A DNA stretch of 56,863 bases, the filler included, from Sphacelaria rigidula (lineage: Eukaryota), in NCBI GenBank assembly GCA_964200075.2. It is 3 parts of 3 records of this genome, joined end to end, with 100 filler letters (N's around TTAATTAATTAA, not from the genome) between each part and the next. Parts side by side here need not be neighbours in the genome. Positions count along the whole stretch, not along the records: positions 1 to 18,890 come from CAXNAA020000769.1; positions 18,991 to 37,877 come from CAXNAA020000770.1; 1 more part is not named here. The stretch is one strand, 5' to 3'. Each line of letters begins with the position of its first letter. The stretch's first letter is position 1. The notes below the pieces were generated by a model, which saw nothing but the letters and a program-made list of their open reading frames with translations, did no database searches and had not been told where the DNA came from. Below, one piece after another: positions 13,441-25,800 of this stretch. The position numbers were made by a program, and so were the translations under genes.

Positions 13441-14510
13441 TCAAAAGATGATCAACTGAGAGTGTTGCCTGGTCCCAAGACGGTCATGTGAGGTTTCCAT
13501 TTTGGCTGTTCGGTTCAAAGATGGTCATGTGAGACTTGTGCTCCGTTCAGAGATGGTCATGTGATATTTTCTCTATTGTCGTCCGGCTCAAAAAGAGTCA
13601 TATGTGGTTTTTTCGGCAGAGCCGACCTCGTGAACTTCCGCAGCGGCCGGGATGGATCCGCCCAACGGGGTCGCCTTGTCAAGACCCCTCATGTCGGTAC
13701 CGTACGTGCTGCTCCGGGACGAACCGTACCGTTTTCGAAGGCAAAAGTGCCGGTTCATCCGTTTTTGCCACGGTTGAGCATTGCTGTTATCACGTTTCAG
13801 GAGGAGATTATGCTATGGTTCGAGAAATTCATGTCCTGGTGCGGCTCAACGTACACGTGGCCAACAGTCTACACACATTCCAATGGAGGTACGGATGTCT
13901 TTTCCCGGTTGAAAGATGGTCATGTCAAAATGTTTCCCGATCCAAAGATAGTCACGTGTGGCTTGTACATTTGCCGTCGGGCTCACAGATGGACATGTGA
14001 GAGTTTTGCTCGATTCAGAGATGGACATGTGAGATGTCGCGTAGTGCGGCGACAAACTTTCTCTCCCAGAAAAGTGACTAGTTTGAGGAGGCAAAATATA
14101 CATGACTCAAAATGACTTAAGCCGCGCACACCAACGAGCAACTGGGAATTCTGACACTTGGGGTCGTTTTCGCCAGTTTCGCCCGTAGGAGGTGCTTCTT
14201 GCAGTTCGAAACCAGCTATTATGCGTTGTATGGTCATTTCCTTCGTGACCATATTGGGGCTGGTCTGGGGGGGAGCAGGAAGGACCATCGCGGCAGTACC
14301 CTTTTACACGCTGGACAAAAGGGGGCCAACAGTTGCAACAGAGAAAATGTACTGCATGAAGTGTAGGCTATTGCGACTACTGCTATATGAAGATTGTTGC
14401 TTCTGCCATCTTGTTCAAAGCTGGTCATCTGAAACTGTGCCCGATTCAGAGATGGCGGTTTGAGATTTTCAATTTTGCCGCCCGATTTGAAGATGACCAT
14501 GCGAGACTTG
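13441..14510 (+). repeat. Degenerate minisatellite with core AAGATGGTCATGTGA in three clusters, ~73-bp dimeric period
   Basis: Core starts near 13447, 13479, 13520, 13552, 13594; 13915, 13947, 13988, 14020; 14420, 14451, 14492. Spacings alternate ~32 and ~41 bp. Confidence 0.8.
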
Positions 14511-14539
14511 TTGGCACAAAGATATTGACACCAGAAATG

Positions 14540-14978
14540 ACAAGTTACTCTGGATACACGGGGTTTTACAGATTGAGGATGTATTTGTTTTTGACGATGA
14601 AGCTTGGGACCACTTATGAGCATCGAAATATTTTCGAGATGAAAATGCAAATGCACTCTCCGGCCGTGATGTGTGGCCTCGCTCATCCTGAAAAGAATCC
14701 ACCCGGACTTTGTAATATCGCGTGTTCATACCGAAATATTCCAACCTCCGCTCATTCTCGTACAAAAAAATGTTTTTCATGCGTCAAGACCCTATTTCGC
14801 GGATATAGATTACGGATGGGTATTCCAGGATGAGCGAGGCCACACATCACGGCCGGATGGTGCATTTGCCTCTTCCCCCGAAAATATTTCGATGTTCATG
14901 AAGGTTGGCAAGGTTCGTCGTCAAAAAGAAACCCATCCTCGAGTAGTAGAATTCCGCGTTTACACGAGAAAAACGTTG
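14540..14978. repeat. Long imperfect inverted repeat (~150-bp arms, 135-bp spacer), foldback/MITE-like
   Basis: Perfect 32-bp inner arms TCCGGCCGTGATGTGTGGCCTCGCTCATCCTG at 14659-14690 and its reverse complement at 14826-14857. Outer arms align with mismatches. Confidence 0.85.
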
Positions 14979-15336
14979 CACTTGAGAGCGATTCTGAAAA
15001 TTACTACGTGGTATTGTGGAAAATAAGTCGAGAAGAAGAACGAAAACAGGGAAAAGAAACAAGGAAAACAAATAAAATGAAACATGAAAAGAGGGAACAT
15101 AAAAGGACACAAAAGGATATCTCATGTTTTTCTCACACCTGTACTGTGCATCTATCTCGTGACCGTGACTGGGTTAGTCGCGAATCAATCGAAGTGCGAC
15201 ACAGGTGGATACTTTGCTCTCGCCAGAGGATATACAAGGCAGTTATCTCTCAGTCGCGCACACATCGTAGAGGGTGTCCCAATAGAGCCACCCTCTACAA
15301 GGTCGGATCCTAGCACAAGGTCGGATCCTAGCACAA

Positions 15337-15669
15337 CACACGCAGCCATTTGGCTACACCCCAAATTGCCTCCGGAGGGATGCGCGGCCCTCCAGGGGAA
15401 AAACAAGCCTCCGGAGGCCTTCCATCCCTGTAGAGGAGACCAAACTCTACCGACCCGGAGGGCCACGCACCCCTCCGGAGGAATTTGGGGGTATGCGCGG
15501 CCCTCCGGAGGCAAGAATAAGCCTCCGGAGGCGTTCAACCCCTCTGGAGGGAACCAAAAAATCTCCTCTGGAGGGTCGCGCACGCCTCCGCAGGCGTTCA
15601 ATTCCTCTGGAGGCTCGTAAAGTGTACCCACCTGGAGGAAGTTTGGAGGTAGCCAAATGGCCGCGTGTG
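15337..15669. mobile_element. Non-autonomous DNA transposon (MITE), CAC...GTG termini, possibly CMC/EnSpm-like
   Basis: ~39-bp TIRs CACACGC(A/G)GCCATTTGGCTAC..CCAAA.T.CCTCC.G. Flanking AA on both sides (15335-15336, 15670-15671). Interior packed with the palindromic motif CCTCCGGAGG. Confidence 0.8.
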
Positions 15670-17811
15670 AAGGTCGGATCCTGTACTTGTTATACTCGTA
15701 GCACAACTGGAATTCGTACAGCAGAAGAAGCAACCGTACTCGAAAATAATCCTCGCTTTGCCCAAATTCAAATATTTTTGTTCAAGTGTGCAAAACGAGG
15801 ACTTAGTTCGAGCAGCCGTCCAGACTAATCAATCAAGTGTGCAGGTATGTAACCACACGTTTTCCCAGCAGTAGGGGGGAGGGTGGAAGAGGGGGGGGGG
15901 GGGGGGGGGCGACCGATCCCAGATGACGAGCCGCGCGCAACGCAATACCNNNNNNNNNNCTATTGTTACATTCGTCTCCTGGATGCAGAGGTCGACGGGG
16001 GCAGTGGTGGAGGTTGAGCGCCGTTGATTCGAGACACTATGATCAGATCTGTACATGGCATCCAATTCCCTTCTATTTACAACTGAACTGAACTTACAGA
16101 GCTAGTTCCCCTCAAGCATATACCTACAGCACCACGAACACTTCCAAACGGCTGGTTCAAACCACGCGTATAATCTCGGTCAATGTGTAAATGTTATGGG
16201 CCGTGGTTTGCTCACAAAGCATGAGCGTTTCAAGGAGTTGGAGACAACATGTGACTCGATCGAGGTGTGTTCATACCGAAGCCTAACCTTGCTTGGTACT
16301 AAGGGGCAACGTACGGTAAGTACATGTACGTGGACTAGAAAGAAAACATGGACCAAAGCTATGTGGTCATCACCTACCTGGATTGCAACTGCGAGATATG
16401 TTTAAATGGGGCGCGCATGGTATCTCCACTTGCAGTGCTGGAGCACTTCAGTACGTGGTAGTCGCAGCGGAGCTGCCTAGTTGACACGCTTCAGCAGAGT
16501 CATGTCCGCAGCGATCTGTAAGATACCGCGAATGTTGGCAAAGATTTCATCTGGGTCGAGTATGTTGATTTTTTCTTATTCACATACTCGACGTGTGCAC
16601 TCGACGAAGCATCAACATATTCCTGGCAATCACCAACAGGGGTGATTTCCTGCTTGCTCTCCAATTCTATAGATATCAGGCGCCAACAGCTTGTCGGTTA
16701 GGTTTCTCGGCGTGTCAAGTATCAAAAGTTTTACATGGTCACATCAGTCAGACCCGCGATCACTGGTAGAGCCTCCCAGCTCGCAGCGATCTGGCGGCGA
16801 GCACCTTACTGCGGAGATTCCATCTTTGTACTCTCTAAGCGAAACACAAGTACCCGAGGTCGAAACTAGCCCACTACAACAGTACAAAAGGGTATATGCA
16901 AATATGATAATAACTGATACGTGCGATCTCATGTGATCCTCATTTACTCAGACGCCAGTTCGATGTCAATAAGTTGTGCGATACTGAAGTGAATAGCCGC
17001 CGGGTTCTCGCATTACTGCTATTAAGTCAGTTTTAGAGTCGCGAGGCGACTAGTTAGTGTCACTGCCGTCAATAACCTGTTTTCCTGTATGACCGCGATT
17101 GGCGCATTCCCCTGTTTTCATGTATGTGCAGTCGGGGATCAAGCATCGCGGGCCTGAAAGACACCTTTTACACATCGTGATGTGATACTGAAAAACAGAA
17201 GCAAATGAGCGGCAGCAGGACAGCGAGGATGCCGCGACGATTATTTTGATCGTCACACGTTACACTCCATTATTTCTGCCTCATTGCTGCTGTGGAGAGA
17301 TATCGTTGCTGCATCCATCGGACGGTTGACTAAAAGATGAGCCTCGCCGTGAGCACCAGCGAGACAACGGGCCAGCCATGCGTCGTCATGCCGTGAGTGT
17401 TCTCGAGTTGCCTTTGTTTTGTTCCGGGATGGACAAAGAACATCCTGTTGTACCGAACATGATCGAGTATAGCAGCATCCCTCGACCGCGCGCCGTTTGC
17501 AACCTCTATTTCCCTGTGGAAATATACTGAGTAATCTTTCAAGAAATCGTCCCATCGAAAGACCTGATGACATCTTTAGCGACGCCAGTTTTAGTGCCAC
17601 GAGATAATCGAGATTGCAAGAATATGTATTTCAAGAGAGGGGGTGTTAAACCCCGTCAACTTTGCCTGCAAGATACCGCCGTTTCTGTCGCAGCGCTCCT
17701 TCGCTGCGTGCTCAATGGCTCCCATGCATGTTGCTATCGTTACTGCTCGTTGATATCCATCAAATATGACGCGCTTTCTATACGCGTTCGATATGCATTT
17801 TCATCCACCAG

Positions 17812-17882
17812 GCACCCGAACGGAGGTAGGGTTGAGGTCCAATTGCATGGCGCAACCGTCACCAGTTTCAAGACTTCTCAAG
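17812..17882 (+). CDS. Internal exon of a glucose-6-phosphate 1-epimerase / aldose 1-epimerase family gene
   Basis: ccaccag|G...CAAG|gtaagt, 71 nt, encodes HPNGGRVEVQLHGATVTSFKTSQ, matching the N-terminal 'v.lhGAtvtSwk' motif of D-hexose-6-phosphate mutarotases. Other exons not identified; an assembly gap follows. Confidence 0.7.
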
Positions 17883-18890
17883 GTAAGTACAATACTCCCG
17901 GTGTGGAGTCGTTTTCAAGCTCCGCTAAAAGTTCCTCTCCAGGTGCATGTTTCGCCATCTGGCACCACATATAGATCAGGCCTCGGGGGCTCTTGTTCTG
18001 TCTTTTAAAGGGGGCGCGTGCCTCGGTTGTCTCCGTGGGTAGCTGCACAAGTATTCAGGCGTCGGCCGGGAATCCTGCGGTTGTAGCCGCTCCGCTCTCT
18101 GGGACGCGGAGTTTTGAATTTTTTGTGCCGAATGATGAAAAGGGTACTATTATATGTAGTTTGATACGTTGAGTATATATATTGCACCGTGTTGGCCCGA
18201 TGTCACCCCGCGGACTGCTTGCACGAGTTTACTATTAATATTATAGCGTGTGAAAAAAAGTGGCATATGTCGTACTTCCACCAATCGAGATGAGTATGTG
18301 TTCAGCACCTGACATTGCATGCTAGTTGTTCGTTGATACACGCCATGTCTGAACGGAAAGTGCCGGCCGTCGTGTTTGTGATTGGTCGACCCTGCCGATC
18401 TGCCGAACAATATGCCCCCAGAAAAGCGATTTCAAGATTCCTCCCAACCTTGTGTTGTGTACTTGGGCACTGCTGTACGGCTATAGGGGACACCCCAATT
18501 GTTCCTTGGATGCCCTCACTGCCACGCCACGCTTCAAGCTGCAGTCATAGTAACAGGAAAACCCACAAAAAATATAGCCTCGACACCTAGATACAGTCGG
18601 CGTGTATACCGTACAATGTGCGGCATATCTCATCAATTGTGATGATTCATACTCCGGAGTATTTGCAATGTTCTGCCGGTCATACCGTTGAGTGCCCTTA
18701 ATCCCTACACAGCGAGGGTTGCTTCGGAGCAGTTTCACAGGCTAACAGTCCGGAGACATTGAGGGGTTTCCAGTGGCTGGGAGGAGCGGGGGTGAGGGGG
18801 GGGGGGGGGGGGCGGAATGTTCACCATTTGTGTTTGGAAGGTTTCCGGGGAAGATTCTTCGCCCGGAACCGGGCCCGAGAGGCGCGAAAT

Positions 18891-18990
18891 NNNNNNNNNN
18901 NNNNNNNNNNNNNNNNNNNNNNNNNNNNNNNNNNTTAATTAATTAANNNNNNNNNNNNNNNNNNNNNNNNNNNNNNNNNNNNNNNNNNNN
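18891..18990. other. Artificial scaffold spacer (44N-TTAATTAATTAA-44N)
   Basis: Exactly 100 bp with a central 12-mer carrying stops in all six frames. Identical to the spacer at 37878-37977. Confidence 0.97.
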
Positions 18991-19888
18991 GGGTTCTCAT
19001 CCTCAATCAATAGCACCATCCTCAATATAGATGATTGGCTGTTAGCACCGTGGTGGTGACCTCCATTATCGAGGAGGACTGCTAAATAACACTTTTTCGC
19101 GCACGATCTCCTTCACCTGAAGCTATCCTGCAGGAGTCGACCGTTTCTACATTCATCTCATACCAGTAGGCAGCCATGGAAACGCCCGTGGAGTGTCATG
19201 TCGCAGTGTAGCAGTCAGAATGTGTTGACGGCATGACATGTACGAAATCGGGCTGCGCCGTCATAGCTCGGGTCTCGCCCTCAAGTGGCTGCTTCGCCAC
19301 CACAGAACCAATACACGTTCAATTCACCGGGCGTCATGGTTCTGGCTTCGCCCTGGACGCCACGCTATAGTGACCCCCACACCAAGCAGGGAGGGGGGGG
19401 GGGGCATTTTTTGCTCGGGCGTTGCCCTCGACATAACAGTAATATACTGCCCCTCATACACGGCACGGCACATGTGGGTGCAGGTGTATGGACGGTTGTT
19501 GTTGTTGCTGTTGTTTTCATATTAAAAACTGTTCCGACATACGCGCAGCACTCCGCCCTGGGCATCTCATACGGACGCCTTCCGTGTTCACAGGCTAACT
19601 AGTTGTACTCAAAATAAGTTACGGAGTGGAAGGAAATCAAGAAAATAAAGTAGGACCCGGAAAAATCCACACCAACACGATTTAAAACGAAGAAATACTG
19701 CCTACCTCGTGAGCTCCGGTGCCGCCGGCGACCATGCAGACTACTGGAGGAAGAGCCCAATCTTTCCACTCGGCACGCGAAGCCACACTGAAATGAAGCC
19801 AAACTCGGGAACCAAAAATCACCGAGAACAGCAATGAGAATCGCATGATTCCATCCTTGTACCTCTAGGGGGACAGCCGTGCGAACCT

Positions 19889-20249
19889 ACTAGGCACAAG
19901 AAGAAAAGCACCATATAAAAACACACCACCTCGGGGGAGGGGTACATTAGAAGGCAGGGATAGTAAGGCGGAGGTGATGGAAATCCTTTCAAAATACTTA
20001 TTTCGATACTGTTCTAGAGTTACTCGTACTCTCACAAAAACTATGACCATCTCGGTACACGGAGACACACTAGGCACAAGAAGAAAAGCACCATTTAAAA
20101 ACAAACCACCTCGGGGGAGGGGTACATTAGAAGGCAGGGATAGTAAGGCGGAGGTGATGAAAATCCTTTCAAAATACTTATTTCGGTACTGTTCTCGAGT
20201 TACTCGTACTCTCACAAAACTATGACCATCTCGGTAAACGGAGACACAC
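19889..20249. repeat. Recent tandem duplication, 2 x ~180 bp
   Basis: ACTAGGCACAAGAAGAAAAGCACC... starts at 19889 and 20069. Copies differ by a few substitutions and a 1-bp indel. Confidence 0.93.
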
Positions 20250-22830
20250 GCTCTACAGCATGATATCATAAGCATGGGTCTCTGACACAAGGACACAACA
20301 CACAAAGACATCTGGTCAAGCACTCGCATCCACATTATCCAAGAACTCAACAGGGTTTCACTTGCATCTCAGAAGTCAAGGGACATCGCCCGACACTACC
20401 AATCGCTGGCCCATGGCTGCCCCGTTTTGTAGTATTTATGAGTTCGCCCACGGTACCCTTGGCCCTAACCGTGTATACAGACGAGAAATCACTCCACTCG
20501 AGAGATATTTTCTACTCTTTTACCTTTGGTGGGATGACGACCCACTCTACGAAACCTGCACCTATGTCGAATGGAAGCACTTTTCAAGGACTTTCCAACG
20601 CAACCATGACCACCTGTGCATTCGTCGGCTTGAATTTTCCAAGACGCATGGGACCTAACCCTGGAAAAGAAACGAAATAAAATGAAATTTTTCGCCCTTT
20701 TCTTGGTACCAACAAATCAATGCACCAGTGCAGTTTTCGATCAATACATCAACACCTCGTCCGTGATAATTCGTCACCCCAAACGACGGGAAAAATTAAA
20801 CAACACCAGACCGGTGTTCCGCGTGGTACATCCATTTTCCTCGTACATTTTTCACGGTTCGGACGAATCATCGCCAGTTCGAATCACCAAATCCACGATT
20901 TCTTAGGCCTGATTGATCGAAAGAGAGGAAAAAAGTCGATCGCTGGTCAAACAAGTCTCCGCGCAACTTTTGCGCCATTGCACGTGCCTGGGCTGCGCGT
21001 ACCTGGCTTGCAACGCTGAAAACAAAGCGTAAGGATTGATTCGTACCGTACGAATCAATCACACTAAAATCAAGTAATTCCGGACGAATCATTAATTCGT
21101 CCACCTCTTGATAATTTTATACAAACGTAACACTATCTACTGTGGAGCAAGTACAACAACGCGCTTAGAACGCATGCTAGGAATTGGGATCCCGCCCCAA
21201 CGCACATAGAAAGCATGTGCGAAGAGCTACGTGCGAGGAAATATAAAACAACTAAGCGGGCGCTGTTACCAGCTTTTTCCCTACAGCGCTGAAGAGTCCA
21301 CGATGTGAGAGATCGAGATCGAAATTGTCCCTGACCCGCGGAAAGTCTGAACAAATCAGAGCTTCGAATTCAAATTTTCAACATACACCTTGCCTCTTTT
21401 GAGAGCGGATACTCACTTAACAGGAGTGAGGGTCCATCGTGCATCGGCATCATTTCCCCTCGAAAAACGACTGAAAAATGATGCCGATTTACAAATGGAC
21501 CACCACTCGCAGTCAAAGGGTTGCACCCCTGGTTAGTGAAGGTCCGGTCCCAAAAGGTTTGATGCAGACTCAGACTCACGCCGGGACAACCATCACGGAC
21601 ATGTACTTATTTAGTGCTAAATCAGTCACGACGAAAAACTTACGCGAATACACAATTTCTAAAGAGAAATGCTCTCCGCCACCTACTACAACTTAGCTTG
21701 TAAAGACCCCGGAGTTACCCCGGAGTTACCCGCATTGTTCTTGATGCAACTTATGGCTTAACAACTAGTCCAGAGTACAATGCTGAATTCACGAACCAAA
21801 GAATCGTACTATCTCGTAAATCAGCACAGCAGCACAAGCAATACACATCGCCCACATGGAATGGAATCTATCAATTTTTCTGGAGTTCTCGTCCACACGT
21901 GACCTCGACAGATCCATGCCAAAAATAATAAAAAATAACCACACCCAGCATACAACACTCATACTTGTGAACCCTGGGGTCCAGCATCTACACCACAGCC
22001 AACCTGTTACAGATGGTGTCTGACACCGCACACATCCCTGGATGTCATCGGCAGCTGATCGTACAGTAGCCACTCAGACTAGCCCTGTAGTTTTGCGTAC
22101 GGTGCACAAAACGCGGCAATACTAATATCTACAAAGATGGAGAGGAAGCCAACACAACCGCCTGGGAAAATACTGTATTTTTCCACGTTACGGCGTTCAT
22201 TCCACTGCAACAAAACCAGGGTGGGGTGGGGGGGTGTGGGTGGGGGGGTGGATGGGGGGTCATGTACCAGCATAATAGCAGGCTCTAAATAGTCGACGGG
22301 GGGAGACCATAGCGCCCGTTGTACTGGGAAACAAGACATGAAAAACAAACGCACCTCCTACCGCGGCACCATTCCACTCAACACTGTTTCTTTTGACATA
22401 TTGGTTGCAAATCCTTCCACAACTCGCAACAGCAAAGCTTGCTCGCCCCGTCCAACCGCCTCAGGACAAGAAAAAGAAAAATGTACCCACGGCATGTCCA
22501 CAAAACATGAGCGTTCAGCTGCCAACAAATGTTACACGTACGGCGTAGAGAGGAAAATCTGGATTTCTTCCAGATCCCCACATTTTCACCATCAATCCTC
22601 AATGATCGACGTAATTACAACATGAAAACAGTGGCAAAACTGCCCGAAAAGCTGCCACTGGGGTCCGTTTCCCCCATTCATAGCATTTACAGCAACAAGG
22701 AGTGGGGTCAACGTTCATCTCGAGGGGGAAATAATGCACCGATCTGAAACCCCACGTCGTGGCTCGCCAGTATTCCCGCTGAGCCCAAAGCTCGACGCGA
22801 AAATATTTCATGTACTACTACAGTCACGAG

Positions 22831-25800
22831 TTACCATACAAGTACTCGACCGAACATCGTCGAATACACCACAACCACGGCTCCCACAAGAACAGCCCGA
22901 ACATGATGGGAATAATGCCGCCGCACGGCGCCTGCTCCTCCGCCGCCATGTCTTCTGGACGCCGCAGACGCGACGGAAGGTGGGAGTGAAGATGAAGGTG
23001 AAGGTGTAGGTGGCGAGGTCGTGCCCAAGCCAAAAGGTCCAGTAACAACGAGAGAATAGTCTTGGGAATCTGAGTTCACCAAGTCTTGGCTAGATACGGT
23101 CACGGTCCATATGCCTGCGCCTTCCGCCTGTAGGTCTTCGGCGGGAACGATGACTCGTTCGATGACGTTGGCGGTGTCTGCACTTCCGGTGCTCCACATG
23201 GTGTATACTGATCATTTCAAGGGGGGGGTGGGGTAGAAGGGCCACGGTGGAGTCAATATTTTTATCGTTTACGATATTCTTCAAGTGACTGTGCAAACCA
23301 CACACACATCCACACAAGTACACTCCAACATCAACACTAGGCGCCTGAGAGAGGAACAAGGACCGAGTAAATAACAGGACGAAGGATACCAAGGCATCAA
23401 ACAAACATGTACGGGATACGTCTACGGGTTGCCCAGTGACAGGTCCATCGCTCCAACGGGCGCTCAATTCGCTCTTGGTACCATGCGCCAGTCTCCGCAC
23501 AAGCATGTCAATACACCTTGTGGGATACTTTGGCGCGGGGTGCGTGAAACAACCCACACAGTATCAAGAAAAGATACAAATTCATTTTGGATGAGGTAGC
23601 ATGTTTGTACGTCCCGACAAAAGCAACATCGCGAGCTTAAGTGAGTTGAATACACTTGGCACGTCAACACACCGAACGCACGCCAGTTCAAAGTCAACAT
23701 TAGTAACCCTCAGTCGCTTCGAATCGTCCTCTCACCTGTTCCGCTTGGCGATGTTACCGTCAGATCCAAGTCATGAAGCAGCTGCACGGTCGAAAAAGAA
23801 CTAGCAGGCGGGTCGATCCAGGTCAGCGTCGCCCGGAACTCGCCCACATCCGAGGCAGTAACATTAAATTGGTAGCTTGTTTCAGAATTTGCGGCGATTG
23901 TCGTGTTTGCCGAATCCACCACGAATAGTCCAACATCTTCCATTCCATTCATCGGTAGACCTGCAGCCAGGTGAATGCGCCCAAAACCACGAGAGCCGTC
24001 GGGCTCCGAGCTCCCGCCCATGAGGTTTGCGCTGTTGATCAGGACCGCCTGGATCGAGAATAGCACACGAGAATGGTGCCAGCGGTCGGTGGCGGGGAAT
24101 ACCGTTTAGCGCGACAGAACAGCCCTTCAGCGAGGGCTTGCGACCGAACGCCCATCAAAAATGGCGTGGCTTCACCGGAAAAAACCAACACCCGTGTGAA
24201 GAAACAAGAGCACCGAGCAACTACTGCTGGGGTGGCTTGAGAAAGTAAGCTGCGTGAATCGGAACTGAAAAAGGTCCAGAGCGTGACGAGAATCTATCTC
24301 AGATTTCCAACCACCGGGGACTAAATTTTTCGGTTGGCTGAAATAATGCATTCCCCGGAGGTGGAGCATAGGAATGTGGAGTAATACTCCTTGCTCCAAG
24401 ACAGTTCAGTCCATACCGACACGATGGTGCCAGATGTACAGTAGCCCAAAACTCACCACTCGGACGGTGCTGCTCACGATGTTCATGGGGGTGGTGCACC
24501 TCGCACCCATGATACACACCATCACCCGAGGCGCGCATGGTCCACCTTACAACCAGCCCGTTGACTCCAACAACATTCATATCATGCGTGGGCTTCATTA
24601 CAAAAGACGCAGTTAAATTATCTCCAAATCAACAGTTGGCGACGTCAACATTAATATTCGGAAACATCCCCCATCGCCGCCACGATCAACATCAACACCA
24701 ATACCCCCAGCAACACCACCAGTAGACAAAACTGGGAATATTATCACCATAAGACAGCACATGAAAACCCCCGAAACCGTCCCGTCACGTGGAATATCAA
24801 GACACACTCTACAGGTACATCACACAGCCCACACAGCCCACCTTGACTGTGGCAGCACTTGGAGTAAACGCCTCGCACACCACCTCGGGGCTGGAACATA
24901 AGCCCCTCGCACTCACGTCTGTTGCGTAGAATGCACTATCCTTGAAGTATTGCCTTATCTGCGACACACCGGCAACGGAATTTACAGTGACGGCAGCTTC
25001 AGGGTAGCGAAGTCATCTACGACGCGGGGGGCAGTAGATAGTGTGACCTGCGGCGTACGATTGCGAAAGTAACATACGCAATGTTCTGGGCACTGAAGAT
25101 CATCGTCCGCAGCTTTGCCGCCTTTTCAACAACTGCCGCAAGATATGCCGAAGGACAGAAGATATCAAATCAAAACAAGAGGCAAAGCGCAGTCTTGCGC
25201 CATAACAAAAAACTAAAATATGCCAACATGTCACTATATTCGTGAATGCCCGCACTTGGTTCGCATACAAAAATAATTGCACTTCTGAACAGACACTTTG
25301 CTTGGAAATTTCTCGATCACGGGCAGAGGAGCCACCATGGAACGTGGTGCACCAGTCGGACACAAGACAGACAGAATGTGCATCTGTTGGCGGCACGTTC
25401 GGACGTGCACACAAGTTTTAAAACACGACCTTTTGAATTTTCGGCAATACCGGCGATAAGCCCTCAGAACGGCTGTCTCGCAGCCCAGAGTTTGTACACA
25501 GTGACTGCATGAATATCTGGACAAGCTGGCGCACGCACTTCGACATGATGAGCACCTGGGAGGGAGGGGGAGGGGGGGCGTGCTGTGCTTGCAAACAATG
25601 ACACATCTGCACTAGGAAATCCTCGGGATAATGAAAATCTGTACAAACGTCATCCACACATCGCCTGTGGAGGCGCTCAGCACGGGAGTCACGGCCGTAC
25701 TCACGCTGTCGGCGTTGCAACGCGCTGAAACGTCGGGCACATGTGATGTTAACCACAGTCAACAAGCACATGCGCGTCGATTTGAGGTCGCACGTCGCAG

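Noticed and set aside
13441..14040. CRISPR array
   Set aside because: Repeats are short and degenerate, linkers are related to each other in alternation, there are no cas genes, and the context is eukaryotic.
15084..15733. Repetitive PPE/SGG ORFs on both strands
   Set aside because: Arise from CCTCCGGAGG repeats inside the MITE.
18935..18946. TTAATTAATTAA inside N runs (also 37922-37933) as a biological motif
   Set aside because: Symmetric 44N-12-44N construct with stops in all frames; an assembly linker.
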